Below are positions 43,004-52,951 of a stretch of 64,000 bases of DNA, piece by piece. Origin of the DNA: an uncultured Planctomycetota bacterium (lineage in GTDB: Bacteria; Planctomycetota; Planctomycetia; Isosphaerales; Isosphaeraceae). A model generated the notes under the pieces. The model saw only the letters and a list, made by a program, of their open reading frames with translations, was not told the DNA's origin and ran no database searches. Positions within the stretch are counted from its first letter, which is position 1; each line of letters opens with the position of its first letter. Location: assembly GCA_963845755.1 (NCBI GenBank), contig CAWJTV010000031.1, forward strand, positions 192,001 through 256,000, read 5' to 3'. Both the position numbers and the translations under genes were made by a program.

Positions 43004-43258
43004 GTGAGCAAGGACCGCGCCCGTCGCAAGAAACGCCGGCGACCTTCCGAGGTTCAGACCGCAAAGGCGGTGCAACCCATCCCCCGGCCTGGGCGCTACC
43101 GCGCCGGTCGCGTGCTCCAGTTCGTCGGACTGATGATCCTCCCATTCGGCATCGCGTCCGAGCTGGTTGGTCGGGTTGGCCTGGGTCAGTCCTTGCTCAT
43201 CGCCGGAGCCGGTGCGCTCATCTTCTACGCAGGGTACGTGATCCAGAATCGAGCCTGA
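43004..43258 (+). CDS. Small two-TM membrane protein
   Basis: Basic N-terminus then GRVLQFVGLMILPFGI and LLIAGAGALIFYAGYVIQ; starts 10 bp after the previous gene. Confidence 0.7.
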   Translation: MSKDRARRKKRRRPSEVQTAKAVQPIPRPGRYRAGRVLQFVGLMILPFGIASELVGRVGLGQSLLIAGAGALIFYAGYVIQNRA

Positions 43259-43600
43259 CAGGGCAGGGGTCAGCCGGAGAATCCCGCACGGGGTCCGGGT
43301 CCGGTGCTCACAACGCACTCTGCCCAGATTGAGGGGACTCCGCCACGCTCACTCCACCCATTCGCGTCATTCGCTGCACACTTTCTGGGCAGTCGAAGAC
43401 CGTGGCCGCGTGCGATTTGACAGGAGATGATGGCCGGCACGGAACCCGCGCCTTACAATCAGGAGAGGGGCCGAAGGTCGAGGGGATGTCGCTCACTCTG
43501 GGAGGGAAGCGGCGCCTTGCGTAAGCGGGGCCTCGGGAGAATGACGAGAATGGGACGTCGGCCCCAGGCGGGTGCTTGGAGATTCTCGAAGGTTGGGGTT

Positions 43601-43616
43601 TGGTATTGGATTTGCC
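43601..43616 (+). promoter_or_regulatory. Putative sigma54 promoter upstream of the MoxR operon
   Basis: TGGTATTGGATTTGCC has GG-N10-GC spacing and lies in a 670-bp intergenic gap. Confidence 0.45.
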
Positions 43617-43929
43617 TTGCAGGGACGAGACATCTTAGTGTCCAATTGGAGAAGGGATGAGGAAGCCTGGCGAAGTCTCAGGCACGTCAAGTCGATCCTG
43701 ATCCTCGGAGCTCCGATAATCGGGAGCCCTTGATGATCCTCCATCGGGACGATGGTCGGTCCTGACTCCAAGAACGGAGCTCGCTGGGATGAGGACTCCG
43801 GCCAGCAAATCAGTCGGGCTTTTCAGACCCCGGGTTCATCGTTCCATCGCGAGGTTCCCAACGAAGGGTGTGGATCACGGGTTCGGCGGTCCCCTCAGCG
43901 TGGACGACCGGCCGAGGAGGGGGGAGGAC

Positions 43930-46900
43930 ATGGGCGGCTTCCGATCGGTCGGGATCGATCGGCCCGGACGAATGGGCCGCGTTGCTCGCGTATGGTTCGC
44001 TGGCTGGCTGGCTGGCGTCCTGGGAGTCATCGTGGTGACGGGGGGCCTTGTCCGCGCCCAGGGTCCGGTACGGAACGCATCCCCATTTACGCCCGATTCT
44101 AGCGACGACGCCGAACGGTCGCTCCGAAATGCCGCGTCCCACGTCCGGGAAGGCCAGTGGTCCGAAGCGATCGACATCTATCAGCGCGTGATCGAGCGAT
44201 ATCGCGACAAGGTCGCGAAGCTCCCGAAGACGGAAGCCGTAGGGGAGGTCGCGGGCGAATTCACCTTGTACGTCAACGACCGCGAGTTCTGTCATCGCTG
44301 CCTGGCCCGGTTGCCGGGGGAGGCGCAGACAGATCTACCGCAACCGCGTCAACGGTCTGGCCGAGCGGTGGTATCGCGAGGGCGCGGCCCGTCGTGACAT
44401 GACCTTGCTGCGCCGGGTCGTCCAGGAGGCGTTCTGTAGCTCCTGGGGAGACGACGCCATGGAGTTGCTGGGCGACCTGGCGTTCCAGGAGGGTCGCTTT
44501 GGCGAGGCGCTGGCGATGTACGGACTCCTGGTCGCGGACCGACCGGGCGACCTTCATACCTTGATCCACCCGGACCCGTCGGTGAATCTGGCCGCGGTCG
44601 CGGCCAAGAAGTGGCTCTGTCGGGCCGCAGAGGAGACCCCGCCCACCCCGGCCGATCTGAAAGACTATGCCCGGCGGTATCCCGGCGCGGCCGGTGAGCT
44701 GGCCGGCCGGAGGGGGAACTATGCGGAAATCCTGGCCGAGTCGCTGGCGTCCGATCACCTCGAGCCGCCCGGGCAGCCCGACAGCCGATGGCCGACGTTC
44801 GCCGGCTCGCTGAAACGGACGCGGATTGTGCCCAACCCGATCGACGTCGGCCAGATTCAGTGGCATGTCAACCTGGAGAAGGTCCCGACGGCGCGGATCG
44901 GCCCGGCATTTGGTCAGCGGCCGAGTCCGGCGGCGAGCCAGGCCGAGCCGGAGCGGCTGCTGGCCTTTCACCCCATTGTCCTGGGCGACCAGGTTGTGGT
45001 CGCCGATGGCTCGCGGGTCGTGGCCTACGGCCTCAACGACCGGCCCGACAACGCCGATGCCGGCGAAACCCGGATGGTCAGCCCGGCCTGGAAGTACGAC
45101 CCGGACAACGGTGGCGCCGTACCCCAAGCCTCCCGGCACGCTGCGGCGATCCCCCGATATACGCTCACGGCGGTGGGCCACAGGATCTATGCCCGAATGG
45201 GAGTCCCCAGCGCCCCCTCTTACATGAGGATGCGCGGGGGCATCACCATCAGCGAGACCGGGAGCAGTTCCATCGTCGCGCTCGACTGGAACACGCAGGG
45301 GAAGCTCCTCTGGGAAGTGAAATCCACCAGCCTGGAGCTACCGAATCGACCGGCCAACTCCCGGTCGGTCAACTTCGAGGGGAGCCCGGTTGCCGACGCG
45401 AAGAATGTCTGCGTCGGCGTCACCGACCGCACTTCGGAGACGCTCGTCTATATCGCATGCTTCGACGCCGAGACCGGCTCGAAGCGATGGATCCGTTATC
45501 TCGGGACGGCGCGGCCGGAGATCGAGCCGTTCCAGGGCTTCGGGCCCATGAACTGGGCCACGACGGCGACCAGTGACTATCACCACCGACTGCTCTCGCT
45601 CGACGGGCCCACCTTGTACTACTTGACGAACCTGGGTGCCGTGGCGGCACTCGACGTCGAGACCGGTGCGACCCGATGGGTGACCACTTATCCCCGCCAG
45701 GAGAACAATCCGGGCGGTCAGCCGAGCGATCGCGACCTGAACCCCGCGCTGATCCACGACGGCCGCGTCATCGTCGCGCCGAGCGACGCCAATGCAATCT
45801 TCGCGTTCGATGCCGTCTCCGGCCGGCTGCTCTGGAAGACCGATCCCATTCCCGACGACGTCAAGCTCGCGCACATCCTGGGCGTGGCCAAGGGGCGGCT
45901 GGTGGCCACCGGCGATCGCGTGCTGATCTTCGACGTCCGCGACGGAAAGCAGCTCAACATCTGGCCCGACTCCGGGAAGAAACCCTTCCAGAGCTACGGC
46001 CGCGGGCTCCTGGCAGGCGACCTGATCTACTGGCCGACCGTGTCGGAGATCCAGATCCTGGACCAGCAGACCGGCCTGTGCACCGAACCGCCGATCAAGC
46101 TCCGGAAGACGTTCCACACCTCCGGGGGCAACCTGGTGGCCGGCGACGGCTACCTGATCGTGGCGCAGTCCGACGGGATCGTCGTCTTCTGCCAGAATAG
46201 CCGGCTGATCCAGCGCTATCGCGACGAGATCGTCCGGGCCCCCGACCGGGCGTCGAACCACTACCGCCTCGCCCGGGCGGCGGAGGCGACCGGTCGCGAG
46301 GAGATGGCGCTGGACTCCTATCGGAACGCGCTTGCGAAGGCCCAGCCGAACGAGTCGATCGACGGCATCCCACTGGCCGGTGCGTCGCGCGATCATGTGT
46401 TCCGATTGCTGATGCGGCTGGCCGGCCGGTCGCGTCACGACCGCCATTGGGAGGAGGCGATCGACCGACTCCGGACGGCGGAAGGGTTCGCGCAGGCCGG
46501 CCCCGATCGGCTGGAATCGCGGCTGCTCCTCGCGGAGATCCTGCTAGATGCGGCCCGACCACGCGACGCCGTCAACGCCTTCGAACAGGTCCTGATCGAC
46601 GAGCGGCTGCGCAACTTGCCGGTCGTCGCCCCCGACGGCCACCGGACCATCCGCGCGGACCTGATGGTCACCGACCGACTGGGCGCCATCATTCGCCGGC
46701 AAGGCCGTGAGGTCTATGACACGTTCGATCGCCAGGCGCGAGAGCTCTACCGGCGTGGGAAGACGGAGCGGGACCCGCACGTGCTTCGAGAGGTCTGCCG
46801 CGATTATCCCGTGGCGATAGTCGTGCCGGATGCCCTGGAAGAGTTAGGGGCCCTCTATGAATCGTCCGGGCGGCTGGCCGAGGCGGCCCACACCTACAAG

Positions 46901-48472
46901 CGGTTGCTCACCCTCGCCGACGACGACGCGCCACGGGCCCGCGCGATCTGGTCGATGGCGCGGGTCTATGACGCCCGGAAGCTCTTCGTCGCGGCCCGAG
47001 ACGCCTACCTCGACCTGCTGGAGCGATTCCCCAAAGTTCGATTGGAAGCGGGCACAGGACCGACCGTCGCCGAGCGAGTGGCCGAGAGGCTGGCGCCGCC
47101 GCCTTACGCGGACCTGGTCGCCGACCGGCCCCAACCGCCGATCCCGCTCCCGATGGTCCGGCGATGGCATTGGGAGTCCCCCGCAGACCGATCGGTCCGC
47201 GCCGTGGGGATCGACGGGATCGTCCCGGCGCGGGACGCCGGACGGATCGCCCTGAGCCGGCGCGATGCCTTGAGTCTCTTCGACCCCTCCAACGGCTCGG
47301 AGCGCTGGTCGGCCGAGCTGGGCTCCGGCGCGGTCTGGGCCTGCTATCTCGCCGATAAGGTGATCGCCGCCACACCGCAGCAGATCCTGGCACTGGACCT
47401 GAATCAGGGGACGGTGCAATGGCGGTACGGCCTCGACCCATCCGCCAAGGAGGCCGCGCGGCCCGATCCCTTCGCAGCCGCGGGCGAAGCCGGTGACGAG
47501 CGGCCGGAGCGGACCAGCCGGATGCTCCACAATTTCCGGATGGTCAAGGACCGCGTCTTCTGCCTCCGCGGCGCCAGCGAGCTGATCGCCATCGACGGGG
47601 ATACGGGGGCCGTCAACTGGTCGTTCTCGGCGCCGCCGGGGGAGATCAATCCTCACATCTGGGTCGGCTCCGATCGCGTCGTACTCCAGGTCAACCGCCC
47701 GAATCATTTGCTGGTGCTCCGCACCGAGGATGGGCGGCCGGTCGCGCGGTCGACCCTGGCCGAGAGTGAGAAGCTCGAACGGCCGCCACTGCCGTTGGAT
47801 GATGACTCCGTTCTCGTCGTCCTCGACCCCAGGACCGTGAAGAAGTATGAACTCAACCACGGCCAGATGGTCTGGGAATACCGCGAGAGTGAGGATTTGC
47901 CCAACAACGGCGGCCCGCCGCGATTGTTCGGTGACGTCGAACGTGTCCTCGTCTTGCATGATGGTCGGACGCTGATCCGGCTCGACCCGGCGACCGGCGC
48001 CAAGCGGTGGTCGTGCCGACTGGGGATCGAGGACATGGGCCAGCATCCCGGCGCCCTGGCCTTCGACGATCGGCGCTTCTACTGCATCTCCCGCTGGAGT
48101 TCGATCGTGACGCTCCGAGCCGTCTCTCTGACCGACGGTTCGGAGGTCTGGAGCCGGGCGTGGGACGGACCGGAGGATTCCGGTTGGTCGATTGCCCTGT
48201 CCGCGAATCACATCATCGCCTATCCGAACCACACCGGCCTGGCCGACGACGCCGAGATGGAGACGGTCCCGGTGGTCGTCCGACATCGCGAGACCGGCGC
48301 GATCGTTCAGCGGTTCCTCTTCCCGGCCAACTTCGCAGAGCCGACGCCTCGGAGCGATCCCGGCGGCGTGCTCTCGGCGACGCCCCGAGGATTCGTGACG
48401 TTCAAGATCGACCCCGTCGGGGCCCTCGTCGCGACGCCGAGGGGACTGTGGGGTCTCGGACCCAAGCGGTAG
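43930..48472 (+). CDS. Large exported PQQ-like beta-propeller + TPR protein (BamB-like repeats); frameshift near 44335
   Basis: GGAGG RBS and signal peptide; repeats ALDVETGATRW, AFDAVSGRLLW, ALDLNQGTVQW, RLDPATGAKRW; TPR-like helical middle. Confidence 0.85.
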
Positions 48473-48606
48473 TAGGCAGCAGGTAGTAGAAGAATGAGGA
48501 TCAGTTCGACCAATCCTGTCCGGATATCTTACACCGGCTTTCATAGCTCAAGGGAAGGCGTATTCCATCTGGTACTTCCTGCCTACGACCTACTGCCTCC
48601 TGCCTC
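48469..48606. repeat. Imperfect inverted repeat built of heptamer (TAGGCAG/CTGCCTA) units
   Basis: gtagtaggcagcaggtagtag (48469-48489) pairs with ctacgacctactgcctcctgc (48583-48603) at 17/21 positions. Confidence 0.55.
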
Positions 48607-48623
48607 AATAAGGAGACCCGATC

Positions 48624-49702
48624 GTGAGCGACGCGACCCCCGAAGAATTCCAGCCCAGTGAAGACGACCTCGCGGCCGTGGCGCACCTCAAGAGTGCCTT
48701 CGAAAGCCTCAAGGCCGAAATGGCCAAGGTGATCGTGGGTCAGCACGCGGTCCTGGAGGAGCTGCTGATCGCCATCTTCGCCCGGGGGCACTGCCTGCTG
48801 ATCGGCGTGCCGGGGCTGGCCAAGACCTTGATGATTCACACCCTGGCCGACGCATTGAACTTGAGCTACAACCGCATCCAGTTCACACCCGATCTCATGC
48901 CTTCGGACATCACCGGCACCGAGGTGATCCAGGAAGATAAGGCTACCGGGATCCGGCAGTTCAAATTCCTGCGAGGGCCCGTGTTCGCGAACATCGTCCT
49001 GGCCGACGAGGTGAACCGAACCCCGCCCAAGACCCAGGCCGGCGCTCCTGGAAGCCATGCAAGAACGTCAAGTTACGGTGGGGGGCGAGCGCCACCGCCT
49101 TCCGGACCCGTTCTTCGTCCTGGCCACGCAGAACCCGATCGAACAGGAAGGGACGTATCCCCTGCCCGAGGCCCAACTCGACCGGTTCATGATGAATATC
49201 CGGGTCGACTACCCTTCGGAAGAGGAAGAGCTCGACATCGTGCGACTCACCACGTCGGTCCACAAGCCGGCCGTGAGCAAGGTCCTCTCGGGGGCCGATA
49301 TCCTGGCACTCCAGGAGCTGGTCCGCAAGGTGCCGATCGCCGACCATGTCTCGAGGTACGCGATCCGGCTGACCCGCAATACCCGGCGCTCGAAGGACTG
49401 CCCGGAATTCATCCGCGATTTCGTGAGCTGGGGCGCCGGCCCGCGCCAGCCAGTACCTGGTCCTGACCGCCAAGGCGCGGGCCGTTCTCCACGGACGATA
49501 CCACGTCTCCACGGACGACATCCGGTCCGTCGCGGGGCCCGTCCTTCGGCACCGGATCATCACCAACTTCAACGCCGAGGCCGAGGGCCTCAAGCCCGAC
49601 GACATTGTCATGCGCCTGATCCAGTCGATCTCCGTCGACGACCACGAGGCCGAGCAAAGTGGACGATTACCAAAAATATTTAAATCCGCAAACGCTGGCT
49701 AG
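48624..49702 (+). CDS. moxR: MoxR family AAA+ ATPase; frameshifts near 49040 and 49440
   Basis: [59 protein letters not shown] third frame reads [16 protein letters not shown] and stops at TAG 49700-49702. Confidence 0.93.
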
Positions 49703-50558
49703 CCTCGAGGGGCTGGACTTGCAGGCGCGGATGGTCGTCGAGGGTTACGTGGCCGGGATGCACCCTAGCCCGTACCACGGCTTCTCCGTCGAGTTCGCCG
49801 AACATCGCGAGTACGTCCCGGGCGACGACATCCGCCATATCGACTGGAAGGTCTGGTCGAAGACCGACAAGCTCTACTTGAAGCAATACGAGGAGGAAAC
49901 GAACCTCCTCCTGTACCTGCTGCTGGACACCAGCGAGTCGATGGGCTACGGCTCGGGCGACAATGTCACCAAGTTGCGATACGCCCAGTTCGTGGCGGCA
50001 TCCCTGTCCTACATGATCCTCCAGCAGCAGGACTCCGTGGGCCTCGTCGTCTTCGACGATGCGGTGCGACGCTACCTGAAGCCGGCGGGCCAAGCGTCGC
50101 AGCTCAAGGAATTGCTCCACATGCTCGACGTGACCCCGGCGCACGACAAGTCGGACATCGGCATGGTCCTCAACGACCTGGCGGAGCGATTCAAGAAGCG
50201 GGGCGTCGTCGCGATCCTCTCCGACCTCTTCGACGAGCCCGCGCGGATCCTCACCGGGTTGAAACACTTCCGCCATCGCCGCCACGAGGTCATCGTGTTC
50301 CACATCCTCGACCCGGCCGAAGTCGAGTTCCCGTTCCGCGCGACCACGCTATTCAAAGGGCTGGAAGGCATGCCGGAGGTCCTGACCGAGCCCCACGCCC
50401 TCCGCCGGGCCTATCGGGCCGAGCTGAGCGCGTACCTGGAGGAGCTGCAGAAAGGGTGTCGCCTCATGGATATCGATTATGTCCCACTTCGGACCGACCA
50501 GAACCTGGACGTACCGCTCTCGAGCTACCTGGCGTCGCGGGCGGCGCGGGTGCGATAG
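49659..50558 (+). CDS. DUF58 family protein (MoxR-associated, vWA-like)
   Basis: HPSPYHGFSVEFAEHREYVPGDDIRHIDWK, KQYEEETN, LDTSESM. Confidence 0.93.
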   Translation: MDDYQKYLNPQTLASLEGLDLQARMVVEGYVAGMHPSPYHGFSVEFAEHREYVPGDDIRHIDWKVWSKTDKLYLKQYEEETNLLLYLLLDTSESMGYGSGDNVTKLRYAQFVAASLSYMILQQQDSVGLVVFDDAVRRYLKPAGQASQLKELLHMLDVTPAHDKSDIGMVLNDLAERFKKRGVVAILSDLFDEPARILTGLKHFRHRRHEVIVFHILDPAEVEFPFRATTLFKGLEGMPEVLTEPHALRRAYRAELSAYLEELQKGCRLMDIDYVPLRTDQNLDVPLSSYLASRAARVR

Positions 50559-50612
50559 GTTGCAAGCTGCGAGCCAAGTCGCTTCTTCGCTCGCCAATGT
50601 AGGAGTCCCCCT

Positions 50613-52805
50613 TTGTCATTCCCGCTGATCTGGGCTCTGGGATTCGCGAATGCTCCGCTGCTCTACGGGCTGCTGGCCGCGTCCGTGCCGATCCTGATCC
50701 ACCTGCTGAACCGCCGCAAGTTCCGTGAGATCCACTGGGCGGCGATGCGGTTCCTGCTGGCGGCGATCCGCAAGAACCAGCGGCGGATCCGGATCGAGCA
50801 ATGGCTGCTGCTGGCGATCCGGACGCTGATCATCCTGCTGGTCGTGTCGGCGATGGCCAAGCCGTTCCTGGAGGCGTTCGGGATGGTAATCGCGGGCCGT
50901 AGCGTGCACCGGGTCTTGGTGCTCGACGCCTCGATGAGCATGGGATACACGTCGGCGGGGAGCAGCCGGTTCGACCAGGCCAAGGCCGTCGCGGGCCAAC
51001 TGGTCAAGGAATCGCGGCGCGGGGATGCCGTCAGCGTGATCCTGATGGGCCGGCCGCCGCAGGTGGTCATCGGCGATCCCTCCAACAACCTCAAGGAAGT
51101 CGAGAAGGAGATCGGTGAGCTGGCGATGACCCATGGCGGTGTCAACCTGGGAGCGACGTTCGAGGCGGTCGACCGGGTCCTCGAGGCGTCATCCATCAGC
51201 CAGAAGGAATTGATCTTCCTGACGGACCTCCAGGCCGCGAGCTGGCGGACTCCGAGTCAGAAGACCGAGGGGTTCAGGAGAGTCCTGGCACGGATCGAGG
51301 CGCGACAGCCCCGTTCAGTCTTGATCGACCTGGGCAAGTCGGGCGGGGAGAACCGCGCGGTCATCGACCTGAGTCTGGATGCGCCCGTCGTGACCGTCGG
51401 CGCCGACGTCCTGGTGCGGGCCGTGATCCGGAACTTCGGTGGCGGCGAGGCCCAGGGGGTCCGCGCGCGATTGACGGTGGATAGCCGGCTGGGTCCGGAG
51501 ACGACCGACGACTTGCCGCCCGCCGAGGATCATCCGGTCGTCTTCCGCCAGCGGTTCGCGACGCCGGGCGACCACGTCGTGGAACTGAACGTAGACGAAG
51601 ACCCCTTGTCCCTCGACAACCGGCGATGGCTCGTCGTCCCGGTCCGGGAGTCGCTCAATGTCCTGCTGGTCAACGGTCATTTCAAGGCGGAGCCCTACCA
51701 GGCCGAGACCGACTACCTCGCCCAGGCGTTGAGCCCCACCGAAGGCTCGCCCGGCCAGACGGGGCCGATGCACGTGGAGGTCGTCGCGGAATCGCAGCTC
51801 TCCCGCCGGGAGCTGGCCTCGTTCGACGTCATCGTCCTGTGCAACGTCGCCCAGTTTAGTGCGCCCGAAGTGACCGCCCTGGAAGACTTCTTGAAGCAGG
51901 GCGGCGGGGTCGTCATCTTCGGCGGAGACCAGGTGGTCGCCGACAATTACAATCGCCTGCTCTACGCCGACGGGAACGGCCTCCTGCCGGTCTCGCTGGG
52001 CCCCAGCCTGGGCGACGCCGCCAGGCGCGAGGCGGCCTTCGACTTCAACCCACTTGGATATCGACATCCGTTGATTTCAGAATTCCAGGGTGCGGGCGAC
52101 ACGGTCACGGCCGGGCTCACGCACGTGAAGACCTGGCAATACCACAAGCTCAAGATCCCCACGGGCTCGAAAGCCGAGGTCGCGCTGGCCTTCGAAAACG
52201 ACGATCCGGCCGTCGTGGAGGTGCCCCGTCACCGGGGGACCGTCGTCATGGTAGCCACCTCGGCCGACACCGGCTGGACGACCTGGCCGATCCACAAGAG
52301 CTATCCGCCCGTGATGCAACAGATCGTCCTCCGCGCCTCGGCCGGCCGCCTCTCGGAGAGGAATATCCGCGTCGGCCAACCCTACGACCAGTCGTTCCCG
52401 GAGGCCGGCTCGGCGGCGCCTGTGACCGTCGTCACACCCAAGGGGCAGGCCATCACGACCAAGCTTCAGCCGGCCGGCGGCGTCAGCCAGTTCCATTTCG
52501 AGCAGACCGATCTCTCGGGCCCTTATCAGGTCCGGATCGGCCCGCCCCTGGCGTTGGACTCGCCGTTTGCGGCCAACGTCAACCCGGCCGAGAGCGACCT
52601 CGCCAAGCTCGACCAGCCCACCCTGGCCGCCCTGATCCCCGACTGGAATTTCATTTATGTCTATGTCACGGATTGGAAGGACCTGATGGGGGACGCCGCC
52701 TCGGTCGGACGCCGCGGCGAGTTGCACCGGCCGATGCTCTACGCCGTCCTGGTGCTGCTCCTGGTCGAATCGTTCCTCGCCTGGAGGTTCGGGCATCACG
52801 CCTAG
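50613..52805 (+). CDS. BatA N-terminal domain + vWA + CARDB/GATase-like membrane protein
   Basis: PILIHLLNRR..WAAMRFL..LLLAIR; MIDAS LDASMSM; LTDLQ; C-terminal TM LLLVESFLAWR. Confidence 0.88.
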   Translation: MSFPLIWALGFANAPLLYGLLAASVPILIHLLNRRKFREIHWAAMRFLLAAIRKNQRRIRIEQWLLLAIRTLIILLVVSAMAKPFLEAFGMVIAGRSVHRVLVLDASMSMGYTSAGSSRFDQAKAVAGQLVKESRRGDAVSVILMGRPPQVVIGDPSNNLKEVEKEIGELAMTHGGVNLGATFEAVDRVLEASSISQKELIFLTDLQAASWRTPSQKTEGFRRVLARIEARQPRSVLIDLGKSGGENRAVIDLSLDAPVVTVGADVLVRAVIRNFGGGEAQGVRARLTVDSRLGPETTDDLPPAEDHPVVFRQRFATPGDHVVELNVDEDPLSLDNRRWLVVPVRESLNVLLVNGHFKAEPYQAETDYLAQALSPTEGSPGQTGPMHVEVVAESQLSRRELASFDVIVLCNVAQFSAPEVTALEDFLKQGGGVVIFGGDQVVADNYNRLLYADGNGLLPVSLGPSLGDAARREAAFDFNPLGYRHPLISEFQGAGDTVTAGLTHVKTWQYHKLKIPTGSKAEVALAFENDDPAVVEVPRHRGTVVMVATSADTGWTTWPIHKSYPPVMQQIVLRASAGRLSERNIRVGQPYDQSFPEAGSAAPVTVVTPKGQAITTKLQPAGGVSQFHFEQTDLSGPYQVRIGPPLALDSPFAANVNPAESDLAKLDQPTLAALIPDWNFIYVYVTDWKDLMGDAASVGRRGELHRPMLYAVLVLLLVESFLAWRFGHHA

Positions 52806-52820
52806 GGCGGCCCGCGAAGG

Positions 52821-52880
52821 GATTGCATGTATTGCACAATAGAATATGAATATTACAATAATTTATTTACCAAATTGCTT
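52821..52880 (+). promoter_or_regulatory. AT-rich intergenic island with a possible internal sigma70-type promoter
   Basis: TTGCAC (52832-52837), 16-bp spacer, TACAAT (52854-52859); near-palindrome TATTGCACAATA. Confidence 0.4.
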
Positions 52881-52951
52881 CCGATGAGGTGAAGGTTTGT
52901 TCGAGACACCTGTTATTCCACCGGTTTTCGGGTGGACGAAGGACTAAGCTC

